From Clostridia bacterium (lineage in GTDB: Bacteria > Bacillota > Clostridia > Saccharofermentanales > UBA5734): 64,000 nt of DNA. Of the stretch, positions 29,449 through 39,532 are shown one piece after another. The DNA is taken from contig JAXGXQ010000002.1 in NCBI GenBank assembly GCA_040772685.1, positions 48,798-112,797 on the forward strand. The letters are read 5' to 3'. The position numbers and the translations under genes are program-made. Under the pieces are notes generated by a model. That model did not search any database and was not told where the DNA came from. It was given only the letters and a program-made list of their open reading frames with translations. The stretch's first letter is position 1. Every line of letters starts with the position of its first letter.

Positions 29449-30285
29449 ATGTTGAATATCGGCTGTCATCTTTCAATTTCCCGAGGCTACCTTAATATCG
29501 GTAAAGAGGCTTTGTCAATTGGAGCCAATACCTTTCAGTTTTTCTCCCGCAATCCTCGCGGCAGTCGTCAACGAGCGCTCGACGAAACGGATATAAAAGC
29601 CTTGGACGCTTTCCTGAAAGAACATGAATTTGCGCCGATTCTGGCTCATGCGCCGTATACCCTGAACGCCTGTTCCCCTGATGAACAGCTGCGGACACTG
29701 GCGGCGGAAATGATGGCCGGTGACGTGGAACGGCTGGAGTATTTACCGGGAAACTACTACAACTTTCACCCAGGCAGCCATGTAGGGCAGGGGGTTAATG
29801 TTGGAATTGGCTTTACCGCAGCCGCACTGAACAAGGTATTGCAACCAGGACAGAAGACCCTGGTTCTGCTGGAAACGATGAGCGGCAGCGGCAGTGAAAT
29901 CGGCGGCAGATTTGAGGAACTGCAGCAGATTATCGAACAGGTTGAACATCAGGAGCTGTTGGGTGTTTGCCTCGACACCTGCCACGTGCATGCAGCCGGT
30001 TATGACATAATCAACGGCCTTGATGGCGTACTGGCAGAATTCGACAAAATAATCGGTCTGAAACGCTTGAAAGGGATTCATCTGAACGACTGCCTGGCAC
30101 CGGCAGGCGCCCGTAAGGACCGCCACGCAAAAATCGGTGAAGGCTACATTGGCCTGGACGCAATTACAAGAGTGATCAACCACCCGCAGCTGCGGCACTT
30201 GCCCTTTTACCTTGAAACACCTAATGAAGTTGATGGCTACAAGTCGGAGATTGAACTATTGCGCCAGGCTTATCAGGAAACTTGA
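29449..30285 (+). CDS. nfo: Endonuclease IV
   Basis: HAPY, FHPGS, LETMSG, LDTCH, HLND, DRH, LETP. Confidence 0.95.
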   Translation: MLNIGCHLSISRGYLNIGKEALSIGANTFQFFSRNPRGSRQRALDETDIKALDAFLKEHEFAPILAHAPYTLNACSPDEQLRTLAAEMMAGDVERLEYLPGNYYNFHPGSHVGQGVNVGIGFTAAALNKVLQPGQKTLVLLETMSGSGSEIGGRFEELQQIIEQVEHQELLGVCLDTCHVHAAGYDIINGLDGVLAEFDKIIGLKRLKGIHLNDCLAPAGARKDRHAKIGEGYIGLDAITRVINHPQLRHLPFYLETPNEVDGYKSEIELLRQAYQET

Positions 30286-30388
30286 AGCGCGGTTGCAGCC
30301 ATTTGCGTTTTATCGCATAATTGAAATAATTGTGTGACCTTGTGAAGTACCTGGACACGCTGTCCAGACAGATGACAGGAGATATATT

Positions 30389-31588
30389 ATGGGAAAAGCT
30401 TTGATTATCGGAGCTGGCGGGGTTGCCAGTGTTGTTGTTCACAAATGTGTGCAGAACCCGGATGTTTTCGAGGAAATCTGCATTGCCAGCCGGACTAAAT
30501 CGAAAGCGGATGCTTTTAAAGCAAAGCTTGACGGTGGCCGCACCAAAATTCAGACTGCCCAGGTTGATGCCGATAAAACCGAAGAGGTAATTGCTCTAAT
30601 CCGTGATTTTCAGCCGGATATCGTGATCAATGTTGCTTTGCCGTATCAGGACCTGACCATCATGGACGCCTGCCTGGCAACCGGTGTTCATTACCTTGAT
30701 ACCGCCAATTACGAACCGCCTGAGGTTCCAAAATTTGAATACAAATGGCAATGGGCTTACCGCGAGCGCTTCGAAAAAGCCGGCATCACAGCTATCCTCG
30801 GCTGCGGCTTCGACCCTGGTGTCACGCAGGCTTTTTCCGCCTATGCTTTGAAACACCATTTTGACGAAATACATACCATTGATATTCTTGACGCTAACGG
30901 CGGTGACCACGGCTATCCATTCGCGACCAACTTCAACCCCGAAATCAATATCCGCGAAATTACTGCACCCGGCAGCTATTACGAGAACGGCGAGTGGCAC
31001 GAAACTGAGCCCCTTGAAATAAAACGCGAATATGATTTTGACCAGATCGGGCCTAAAGATATTTACTTGCTGCATCATGAAGAAATGGAATCCCTGGCGC
31101 TTAATATTCCCGGTGTCCGCCGGATCCGTTTCTGGATGACCTTTTCCGATAGATACATCACGCACTTGAAAGTGTTGGAAAATGTCGGCATGACTTCAAT
31201 AGAGCCAATTGAAATTGAGGGCTGCAGCATCCAGCCACTGCAATTCCTGAAGGCTGTCTTGCCTGACCCGGCGTCGCTCGGCCCGCGTACCAAAGGTAAA
31301 ACAAATATCGGCTGTATCTTTACCGGTATTAAAGATGGCAAACCCAAAACCTATTATATTTATAATGTTTCCGATCATCAGGAAGCTTACAAAGAGGTTG
31401 GTTCCCAGGCTATTTCCTACACGACCGGTGTGCCAGCCATGATCGGTGCAATGATGGTTTTGCAGGGTCACTGGAACAAACCCGGTGTCTACACTGTGGA
31501 AGAACTAAATCCAGATCCCTTCATGGAACAGCTGAATAAGCAAGGCCTGCCCTGGCAAGAAAATTTCGATCCGGTACTGGTCGACTGA
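30389..31588 (+). CDS. Carboxyspermidine/carboxynorspermidine dehydrogenase (saccharopine dehydrogenase family)
   Basis: GAGGV, ALPYQDL, YLDTANYE, GFDPG, TNFNPEINIRE, HEE; adjacent to nspC. Confidence 0.92.
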   Translation: MGKALIIGAGGVASVVVHKCVQNPDVFEEICIASRTKSKADAFKAKLDGGRTKIQTAQVDADKTEEVIALIRDFQPDIVINVALPYQDLTIMDACLATGVHYLDTANYEPPEVPKFEYKWQWAYRERFEKAGITAILGCGFDPGVTQAFSAYALKHHFDEIHTIDILDANGGDHGYPFATNFNPEINIREITAPGSYYENGEWHETEPLEIKREYDFDQIGPKDIYLLHHEEMESLALNIPGVRRIRFWMTFSDRYITHLKVLENVGMTSIEPIEIEGCSIQPLQFLKAVLPDPASLGPRTKGKTNIGCIFTGIKDGKPKTYYIYNVSDHQEAYKEVGSQAISYTTGVPAMIGAMMVLQGHWNKPGVYTVEELNPDPFMEQLNKQGLPWQENFDPVLVD

Positions 31589-31597
31589 GGAAACTGA

Positions 31598-32761
31598 ATG
31601 CATATTATAGGTTCTGATACTTCCGGGTTAAATATTGATTTTTCCCAAGTACGTACGCCCGCCTATGTGGTTGATGAGGGGCTTTTACGCAAAAACCTGA
31701 CGACCCTTGACCAGGTTCAGCAAACAACAGGCTGCAAAATCGTGCTGGCACTCAAAGGGTTTTCCATGCACGCCGTTTTCCCGATTGTGGGCGAATACCT
31801 GGCTGGCATCACTGCCAGCGCGTTGTTTGAGGCACGGTTGGGCCGCGAAAAAATGGGCAAGGAAGTTCATATTTATTCCCCGGCTTATATCGAAGAAGAT
31901 TTTGAGCAGATACTCGATACAGTTGACCATATCGTATTCAATTCTTTTAATGAATGGCAGCTTTACCGCGACCGGGTTTTGAATCACAGCCGACCGATTG
32001 AAGCAGGGATCCGGATCAACCCGGAATATTCTGAAATCAAAACAGCGCTTTACAACCCCAGCGCTCCATATTCGCGTCTTGGCGTCACTGCCGCCAACTT
32101 CCGCCCGGATCTGCTGGAAGGAATCAGCGGCCTGCATTTTCACACTCTCTGTGAGCAGAATGCTGATGCTCTGGGCAGAACAGTCCCTTATATCGACGAA
32201 AAATTCGGGTCTTTTTTACGTAAAATGAAATGGCTGAACCTGGGGGGCGGGCATCATATTACGCGCCCCGATTATGATCTCGAGCAGCTGGTCAATATTA
32301 TCCGTCACTTTCAAAAAACGTATGAACTTGAAATTTACCTGGAACCGGGCGAAGCGATCGCTCTCAATACGGGCTTCCTGGTTGCCCAGGTGCTCGACAT
32401 AGTGGATAATGGTATGGAAATTGCCATCCTGGACACCTCTGCTGCCAACCACATGCCGGATGTGATTGAAATGCCCTATCGTCCGGTTATTCTCGGTGCC
32501 GGTGAGCCGGGTGAGAAGGCTTTTACCTATCGTTTGGGCGGACCAACCTGCCTGGCCGGTGATATAGTCGGCGACTACTCTTTCGCCGAACCACTGCGTC
32601 GCGGCACCCGCTTGGTTTTTACAGACATGGCACATTACACGATGGTCAAAAACAACATGTTTAATGGAGTAAACCTGCCGGATATCGTGCTCCACACATC
32701 GTCAGGCAATCAACTTATCCGCCGTTTCGACTATGCCGATTATCGCGACCGGCTTTCCTGA
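31598..32761 (+). CDS. nspC: Carboxynorspermidine decarboxylase
   Basis: LALKGF, HFHTLCEQ, GGGHHITR, EPGE, HMPDV, CLAGD, YTMVK. Confidence 0.93.
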   Translation: MHIIGSDTSGLNIDFSQVRTPAYVVDEGLLRKNLTTLDQVQQTTGCKIVLALKGFSMHAVFPIVGEYLAGITASALFEARLGREKMGKEVHIYSPAYIEEDFEQILDTVDHIVFNSFNEWQLYRDRVLNHSRPIEAGIRINPEYSEIKTALYNPSAPYSRLGVTAANFRPDLLEGISGLHFHTLCEQNADALGRTVPYIDEKFGSFLRKMKWLNLGGGHHITRPDYDLEQLVNIIRHFQKTYELEIYLEPGEAIALNTGFLVAQVLDIVDNGMEIAILDTSAANHMPDVIEMPYRPVILGAGEPGEKAFTYRLGGPTCLAGDIVGDYSFAEPLRRGTRLVFTDMAHYTMVKNNMFNGVNLPDIVLHTSSGNQLIRRFDYADYRDRLS

Positions 32762-32950
32762 TTTAGCTAACAAAATAAACATATAGCCCTGTACCGGAAA
32801 AATATTCGAAAAATTACGGTTATTTTCTAGAAAATAATTGAATTACGTTGTTCTTTCTGTTAACCTATTGGGCGTGAAATCACCTGAAAACGATTTCGGT
32901 GATGACTTGGCATCCACATTTAGACAGAGATGCGTTGGAGGAGAACTGTC

Positions 32951-34864
32951 GTGAAAAAAATCATCGTTTTGGGCGCGGGCTATTCAGGCGTCCTTACTGC
33001 CAAGAAATTGGCCAAGAAACTCAAGAACGACAAAGATGTCGAAATCTCGATCATTGATAAACACCGTTACCATACGATGTTGACAGAATTACATGAAGTC
33101 GCGGGCAACAGGGTTGAGGAAGACAGTATCCGTATCAGCCTAAGCCGCATTTTTGCCGGCCGCAAGGTAAAGGTAATTACCGACACAATCGAGTCAATTG
33201 ATTACGAGAAGCAGGTGCTCAAAGGTTCTGATGCCAGCTATGAATACGATTACCTCGTACTGGCCTCAGGTTCCAAACCCGCTTATTATGGGATTCCCGG
33301 CGCCTGTGAAAACACTTTGCCGCTGTGGTCTTACGATGATGCAGTCAAGCTGAAGCAGCATGTTTTCTCGATGTTCAGCCAGGCAAACAGCGAAAACGAT
33401 CCGGCTGAACGAAAAAAGCTGCTGACATTTTACGTTGCCGGCGCCGGTTTTACCGGCGTTGAAATGGCCGGTGAACTGGCCGAATGGGTGCCGCAGCTCT
33501 GCGATCAGTTTGAAGTAAAAAGGGAAGAGGTCAAAATTGTTGAAGTTGACCTGCTGAACCGCGTCGTGCCTGTATTGCCGGAAAAACTTTCGGACAAAAC
33601 CGAAAGACGCCTGCGCAAAATGGGTGTAGATATAAAGCTCAAAACAGCGATTGTTTCGGTTGGGGAAGACTATATCGAATACAAGCAGGATGAAGAGCTT
33701 TACCGTGATACCACCCGTACAGTTATCTGGACAGCCGGTACCGAATGTGCCGACGTTGCCCAGACTTCAGCCCAGCTTAAACCCGTACGGCGCGGCCGGA
33801 TTGAAGTTGACGAATTTCTGCGTGCCAAAACACATGACAATGTATATGTCGCCGGCGACAACATGTTCTATATGGCGCCCGGTTCAACTATCCCGGTGCC
33901 GCAGATGGTTGAGAACTGCGAACATTCAGCTTCCACCATTACAAACAACTTACTTACAGACGTTAAGGGCAGCGGTGAAAAAGAAAAATACGATCCTAAA
34001 TTCCATGGCGTCATGGTCAGCATTGGCGGTCGTTATGGTGTAGCCAATGTTGGCGGCGCTAAGAAAAAAATCAATTTGCCCTCGTTCTTTGCCATGTTCG
34101 TCAAGCACTTTATCAACATCATTTATTTTGTTCAGGTGCTGGGCTGGAACAAGGTTTTCGGCTACATGAAAAAAGAGTTCTTCACTATCCGTAATCGCCG
34201 CAGCTTTGTCGGCGGCCATTTCTCCAACCGCACGCCCAGCTTCCTGCTTGTACCGCTGCGCGTGTTCCTTGGGTTTATCTGGGTTTTGGAGGGAGTCAAG
34301 AAGCTGAATGAAGGCTGGCTTAATTCACCAAAGCTGTTCCAGTTCTTCCAGGGCGCAAATCAATTCTTTGAAAACGCTCTTAGCGGCGGAGCTGATGCCA
34401 ATGCCGGCGCAACCGCTGCTGAAGGCGGCGCGGCAACTGTTGATGTACTGGTCAATTGGAATATTTTTGGCATCATCAAGGTTTTCATTGTCAACGCTGC
34501 TGATGTTGCGGCAAAAATCCAATTTACTGTGATGGACTGGTTCGTTGATAGTGTGATTCTTGCCAACGGCAACACCCAGCTTTTCTTCCAGACAGTTATC
34601 GTTATTTCTGAAATCCTGATCGGCCTGGCCCTGATTGCGGGTCTGTTCACCTTCCTGGCATCCGGTTACTCGATTGTACTGCAAGTCATGTTCCTGATGA
34701 CTACAGGGCTTTACATGGGCTCCTGGTGGATGATCTTCGCGGCTGTTGCTGTTCTGATCGCCGGCGGCCATGTCTTCGGTCTCGACTACTATGTAATTCC
34801 CTGGTTGAAACGGCAATGGAAGAAGATTCCGATTGTGCGCAAATCCTATTTGTACAATGACTGA
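32951..34864 (+). CDS. Type II NADH dehydrogenase fused to a C-terminal DoxX-like membrane domain (Listeria Ndh2-type)
   Basis: GAGYSG and GAGFTGVE..GEL Rossmann motifs, WTAG, GD; C-terminal RVFLG..W..EG..K, EILIGLALIAGLFT, GLDY. GTG start with SD ggagga. Confidence 0.85.
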   Translation: MKKIIVLGAGYSGVLTAKKLAKKLKNDKDVEISIIDKHRYHTMLTELHEVAGNRVEEDSIRISLSRIFAGRKVKVITDTIESIDYEKQVLKGSDASYEYDYLVLASGSKPAYYGIPGACENTLPLWSYDDAVKLKQHVFSMFSQANSENDPAERKKLLTFYVAGAGFTGVEMAGELAEWVPQLCDQFEVKREEVKIVEVDLLNRVVPVLPEKLSDKTERRLRKMGVDIKLKTAIVSVGEDYIEYKQDEELYRDTTRTVIWTAGTECADVAQTSAQLKPVRRGRIEVDEFLRAKTHDNVYVAGDNMFYMAPGSTIPVPQMVENCEHSASTITNNLLTDVKGSGEKEKYDPKFHGVMVSIGGRYGVANVGGAKKKINLPSFFAMFVKHFINIIYFVQVLGWNKVFGYMKKEFFTIRNRRSFVGGHFSNRTPSFLLVPLRVFLGFIWVLEGVKKLNEGWLNSPKLFQFFQGANQFFENALSGGADANAGATAAEGGAATVDVLVNWNIFGIIKVFIVNAADVAAKIQFTVMDWFVDSVILANGNTQLFFQTVIVISEILIGLALIAGLFTFLASGYSIVLQVMFLMTTGLYMGSWWMIFAAVAVLIAGGHVFGLDYYVIPWLKRQWKKIPIVRKSYLYND

Positions 34865-35900
34865 TAAAATAACAACTTCCGACTCAAAGACTGTCGGGCA
34901 ATTACCTACCGCTGACAAAGCCCAGGCACGCGTTTCTACACCAGTGGATCGCGTGCCTCTGGCTGTTGCCGCTGATGCCGTAAGCGAACGAATCCGGCAA
35001 ACCTTATTACGCTCGGATCCTATTCTCGGCGAAGTCATGTCTCATCTGACCAGCTCGCAAGGCAAAAACTTCCGTGCGTCGCTTTTGCTTGCGGCGGCAG
35101 CCGATGCCAACGACACAGTGCCTGCCGATGCTATTACAGCAGCTGCTGCGTTGGAGATTCTGCACCTGGCTACTCTGGTACATGATGATGTTATCGACGG
35201 GGCAGATCTGCGCCGCGGCCAGCCCAGCGTTCAAAAACGCTTTGGCAAAAAAATCGCGGTTATTGGCGGGGATTATTTATTCACGGTTTGCTTTAATCTG
35301 GTTGCCAGCATCTCGGCCCGTTATTCGGATAAGTTTGAACTGTTTTCTCAGGCAATGTCCAGTATCTGCCTCGGTGAACTGCGGCAGTTGAAACACAATG
35401 GTGACACCGATTTAGCAGTCACCGGTTATTTGCGGATTATTGCCGGCAAAACAGCAGCGCTTTTCGCGCTGGCGATGTATTCGGGAATGATTTTGAGTGA
35501 TGCCGAAGAACGCGAATCACGGTTAGTGGCCCGCTTCGGCTACTATATCGGCATGCTGTTTCAGCTGGCAGACGACTGTCTTGATTACGCTTCAGACAGC
35601 GGTACGCTGAAGAAAACTGCTAACCATGATTTATCGGAAGGCGTGATAACTTTGCCGCTGATCTATACTTTCCGTCAACTGCCGGAACTTAAGCAAACAG
35701 TCAAAGACTTGTCGCTTAACAGCGAGGAAATCGCTTTTGTGGTGCAGGAAGTAATTAATCAAGGCGGTGTGGACCGCACCAAAGCACTGGCTGACCGTTA
35801 TGCTGTCAAAGCCCGCAAGCTGTTGGATCGGCTGCCTGACCAGGGAAAAAGCCAGCGACTAGATAGGATTCTAAAACAAATACAGGAGCGTCAGTTTTAG
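34857..35900 (+). CDS. Polyprenyl diphosphate synthase (HepT/DmkB-like)
   Basis: GKNFR, HDDVID..LRRG, KTA.LF, FQLADDCLD. Confidence 0.9.
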   Translation: MTDKITTSDSKTVGQLPTADKAQARVSTPVDRVPLAVAADAVSERIRQTLLRSDPILGEVMSHLTSSQGKNFRASLLLAAAADANDTVPADAITAAAALEILHLATLVHDDVIDGADLRRGQPSVQKRFGKKIAVIGGDYLFTVCFNLVASISARYSDKFELFSQAMSSICLGELRQLKHNGDTDLAVTGYLRIIAGKTAALFALAMYSGMILSDAEERESRLVARFGYYIGMLFQLADDCLDYASDSGTLKKTANHDLSEGVITLPLIYTFRQLPELKQTVKDLSLNSEEIAFVVQEVINQGGVDRTKALADRYAVKARKLLDRLPDQGKSQRLDRILKQIQERQF

Positions 35901-36802
35901 TGGAAAAGTCAATACTTTCACGTTATTTCAATCTAGTAGAAATCAGAACCAAGCTGGCCAGTCTGCTGCCATTCCTGCTCGGACTAATGTACGTCCGGCA
36001 TGCTTACGGGACAATTAATGGCTGGAACACAGCCATTTTCTTTTTAGCAATGCTTTGTTTTGACATGATGACCACAGCTCTGAATAACTATATTGATACC
36101 AAAACCAACAATGTACCGCTTGCTTTCAGCAGACCTGTTGCCCGCTTGATAATGCTGGTGCTGCTGGCACTGGCAACGGCTCTTGGCTTGCTGTTGGTCT
36201 GGCGCACCAGCCTGGTTGTGCTGGCTGCCGGTGTCTTCTGCTTTTTTATGGGCATTGCTTATACCGCTGGCCCGGCACCAATTTCGCGCATGCCGTTAGG
36301 AGAAGCTTTTTCGGGCTTTGTAATGGGCTTCTTTATCCCTTTTCTGACAATCTACATTAATGCCCCGCTAAAACAGCTGGTATTTTACAGCTATGCCGAA
36401 GGTGTCCTGGACATTGGTCTGCGTTTACCGGACCTGCTGCGTCTGGCTTTGCTGACAGTTCCGGCGATCACAGGAATTGCCAACATCATGCTTGCCAATA
36501 ATACCTGCGACCTGGAAAACGACCGTCGCGTGAATCGCTTTACCTTGCCACACTATATAGGTGTTCCCAATGCTTTGCGCCTGTTTGCGGCACTTTATGC
36601 CCTGGCCTTCATCAGCATTGCCTTGCTGGTTTTGTTGAAAATCCTGCCCTGGCACGCGGCCTTCGCTTTATTAGCGGCGATTCCGGTAGCCCGTAATGTC
36701 AGAAAATTTTTCGCCGTTCAATCCAAGCCGGAAACATTTCCGCTCAGCGTGATGAATCTCAATCTGATCTTGATACCTTTAATTATCCTTATTGCAGTTT
36801 AA
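35900..36802 (+). CDS. UbiA family prenyltransferase (MenA/DmkA-like DHNA prenyltransferase)
   Basis: LVEIRTKLAS, NNYID, YT.GP.PIS..PLGE, ANNTCDLEND..R.TL; multi-TM. Confidence 0.88.
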   Translation: MEKSILSRYFNLVEIRTKLASLLPFLLGLMYVRHAYGTINGWNTAIFFLAMLCFDMMTTALNNYIDTKTNNVPLAFSRPVARLIMLVLLALATALGLLLVWRTSLVVLAAGVFCFFMGIAYTAGPAPISRMPLGEAFSGFVMGFFIPFLTIYINAPLKQLVFYSYAEGVLDIGLRLPDLLRLALLTVPAITGIANIMLANNTCDLENDRRVNRFTLPHYIGVPNALRLFAALYALAFISIALLVLLKILPWHAAFALLAAIPVARNVRKFFAVQSKPETFPLSVMNLNLILIPLIILIAV

Positions 36803-36878
36803 CCAGCCTCGTCTTGTCTCTGACGGGTATTGTTGCTGCTGTAACAGGGCTTCTAGCCGATAACGGACATAGGGATAG

Positions 36879-37307
36879 TTAAAATTTTCGGGATTCTAGG
36901 CCAAATGAATCAATTAAAGCTTCGATATCACTTCTGTTAGGTACCCGTGCGGCATAATATGTTCGCTGATTAAACTCGACCATGTGACTTGTAAACACGA
37001 TAAATCTCATTGAATCGCCGGAATTCAGATTAAAATCCATATAATAGCTCCATCCGGTACCGTCAACATTAGGTTTAGGGAATAGCCGAATTGGTTCAAT
37101 CAGCATATAAATTTTTTCGATTTGTGCGTTATCACTTATTATCGTTTCGATGCCACCCCTGCTATCAACAAACCGAACTGTATGAACATTCTCCGCCCCA
37201 AGTAAAAAGCTTGCAGGCCGTTTAACGAGCAGGGCAATGAGAATAGCAAAAGAAAGAATAACTATCAACAGCACAATAAATCGCCGAATAACAGTGCGCT
37301 TATTCAT
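36879..37307 (-). CDS. Hypothetical membrane-anchored protein
   Basis: SD ggaggg, basic N terminus plus TM helix, AT-rich ORF with no recognised domain. Confidence 0.65.
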   Translation of the reverse strand: MNKRTVIRRFIVLLIVILSFAILIALLVKRPASFLLGAENVHTVRFVDSRGGIETIISDNAQIEKIYMLIEPIRLFPKPNVDGTGWSYYMDFNLNSGDSMRFIVFTSHMVEFNQRTYYAARVPNRSDIEALIDSFGLESRKF

Positions 37308-37409
37308 CAAGTAGCCCTCCTCGTCTGCAAGTAAAGGATCACTGTTTCAGCTTAATTTTGACCGTGTAAGTATTCTTAAGTCCAACAATAACAAATTGTC
37401 GGAGAAGTC

Positions 37410-37430
37410 TCAAGCCTCAAGCCTCAAGCC
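37410..37430. repeat. Heptamer TCAAGCC x3 spanning the lpdA stop codon
   Basis: tcaagcc tcaagcc tcaagcc. Confidence 0.85.
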
Positions 37431-38788
37431 TGAAACAGAGCTTCCCGGATCGCTTCACCGACTGTCGGGTGGGGGAAGACAGTTTTCTGCAGCTCAGGTA
37501 TGGTCATTTGCTGTTCCAGCATCAGCACAGCACTGTAGATTATTTCGGAAGCATAGCTGCCGATTAAATGTAAACCAAGCAACCTTTCAGTGCCATTCTC
37601 AACGATCAATTTACACAAACCGTCACCGCCTTCGTTTTCAACGACAAAGCGGCCGCTGTAGCGCATTGAACATTTTTGCACCCTGAAGTCGAGCCCTTTG
37701 GCGGCAGCAGATTCTTCGGTTTCGCCGACGCCTGCAAGCTCTGGACTGCTGTAAATTACAGCAGCGATGGTGTTATAGTTGACACTATCCTGTTCTCCCA
37801 GCATGTGAGCCACAGCAACCTCTGCCTCGCGGTATGCCGTATGCGCCAGCATTGAGCGGCCATTGACATCGCCGGCAGCATATACTCCCGGCACAGACGT
37901 GCAGCATTGGGCATCGGTTACAATTGCGGCACCTTTCATTTCAACACCGATTGTTTCCAGACCAAGGTCGGCAGTAGATGGATGTCTGCCGATTGAAACC
38001 AGAACCTTGTCGCAGAAAACATCAATATAATTATCGTTCTGGCTGAAAGTAACGGCGCCTTCCCGGAATTCAGTTACAGTGCTGCTCAACCGGAAATCAA
38101 CGCCCTTTTTCTTTAAAGCCTTATAAAGCCATTCGCCGATTTCGCGGTCAATCGGCCCGCCTATGTGGTCCAGCATTTCAATTACAGTGACATCAACCCC
38201 GGCTGTTTGGAAATAGGCGGCAAACTCGAGGCCAATAACACCGCCGCCAATAATCACCAGCGAATCCGGCAGAGACTCCATTTGCAGAATTTCTCTACTG
38301 GTCAGGGCGAAACCGCTAGCCAGAGTTTCCTTCAACCCGTAAATCGGCGGCAGAGCCGGTTCCGAACCGGTGGCGATCAGCAGACGTTCGCCGATATAGG
38401 TTTGCTCACCGTCAGTTACAATAAAGCCTTCAGCAGTACGGCCGCTAATTCTGCCACTGCCTGTGACTACAGTAACTTTTTGCTGAGCTAAAGTAGCGCG
38501 GACTCCGCCAACCAGCATCTTAACCACTTTATTTTTGCGAGTAACCACCTTTTTGTGGTCAAATGTTACTTGTTCTGCCTGTACACCATAGCCTTTGCTA
38601 TGACGGGCTGCATCGTAAAGCTTCACGCTGTGCAAAAATGATTTAGTCGGAATGCAGCCTTCGTTCAGACATACACCGCCGATGTTTAGCTTTTCCAGCA
38701 GCAACACGGAAAAACCGCCTGCAGCAGCCCGTTCAGCGGCCAGATAACCAGCTGGCCCTCCACCGAGAATTATCAGATCATACTTCAT
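37424..38788 (-). CDS. lpdA: Dihydrolipoyl dehydrogenase (E3), cluster A
   Basis: GGGPAG, GGVCLNEGCIPTK, GGGVIG, HPTVGE. Confidence 0.95.
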   Translation of the reverse strand: MKYDLIILGGGPAGYLAAERAAAGGFSVLLLEKLNIGGVCLNEGCIPTKSFLHSVKLYDAARHSKGYGVQAEQVTFDHKKVVTRKNKVVKMLVGGVRATLAQQKVTVVTGSGRISGRTAEGFIVTDGEQTYIGERLLIATGSEPALPPIYGLKETLASGFALTSREILQMESLPDSLVIIGGGVIGLEFAAYFQTAGVDVTVIEMLDHIGGPIDREIGEWLYKALKKKGVDFRLSSTVTEFREGAVTFSQNDNYIDVFCDKVLVSIGRHPSTADLGLETIGVEMKGAAIVTDAQCCTSVPGVYAAGDVNGRSMLAHTAYREAEVAVAHMLGEQDSVNYNTIAAVIYSSPELAGVGETEESAAAKGLDFRVQKCSMRYSGRFVVENEGGDGLCKLIVENGTERLLGLHLIGSYASEIIYSAVLMLEQQMTIPELQKTVFPHPTVGEAIREALFQA

Positions 38789-38791
38789 TTC

Positions 38792-39532
38792 TTATTCCTC
38801 AAGCTGCTTCTGGGATTGGTCCAGCCGGTGCAGAGCAGAGCTGATTCCCAGATATTCGATTGAATGCCGCAGGTGGCTGTCTAATTCTGCGCGCAGACGC
38901 TCAGCATCAAGTGCCTCAACCGCTTCGATAATCGCGGCATGTTCGGCAATTGAGTGATGGTAGCGCTCCTCCGAAAGGAACTGGCCTTCGCTCATCATCT
39001 TGTAATAAAAAACACCATTGGCTTTAAGGTTCTGATACATCTGAAACATTTTACGGTTGCCGCTTACTTGCACCATGGCTTCATGGAAAGCGCTTTCGCG
39101 GGCGAAAAAAGACTGAAAATCGTCGGCTACTGCAGTTTCATAACCGCCTTCACCGATCGACCGCTCCAGCTGCCGTAAATCATTCAGATAATCCGGATCA
39201 GCCGCTGCTGTTTCAACCACCTTGTCGGCACAATAAGCTTCGAACATTTTACGAATTTCAAAGGTTTCACGGATTTCCGTCAGGTCTATCCCACGCACCC
39301 GCATGCCCCGGCGGGGTTCGAAAGCAACATAGCCTTCTACAACCAGACGATTCAGCGCCTCATTAATAGGCGTATGACTGACGCCAAGCTGTTCGGTCAG
39401 GCGGCTGACAACCAGCCGCTCACCGGCCTGGTACTTACCAGCCAGGATGTCATCCTTTATGCGGGCATAAACCATATCCAGCAACGACAGGTTTTTGTAT
39501 TGTTCCAAATCCATTGTCGGGCGCGCGGTCAT
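38792..39532 (-). CDS. GntR family regulator (FCD domain)
   Basis: LGVSHTPINEAL.RL..EG wHTH; FH and EH..I FCD motifs. Confidence 0.9.
   Translation of the reverse strand: MTARPTMDLEQYKNLSLLDMVYARIKDDILAGKYQAGERLVVSRLTEQLGVSHTPINEALNRLVVEGYVAFEPRRGMRVRGIDLTEIRETFEIRKMFEAYCADKVVETAAADPDYLNDLRQLERSIGEGGYETAVADDFQSFFARESAFHEAMVQVSGNRKMFQMYQNLKANGVFYYKMMSEGQFLSEERYHHSIAEHAAIIEAVEALDAERLRAELDSHLRHSIEYLGISSALHRLDQSQKQLEE

Noticed and set aside
30389-32761. Carboxyspermidine dehydrogenase/decarboxylase pair as a novel system
   Set aside because: This is the well-known alternative spermidine pathway.
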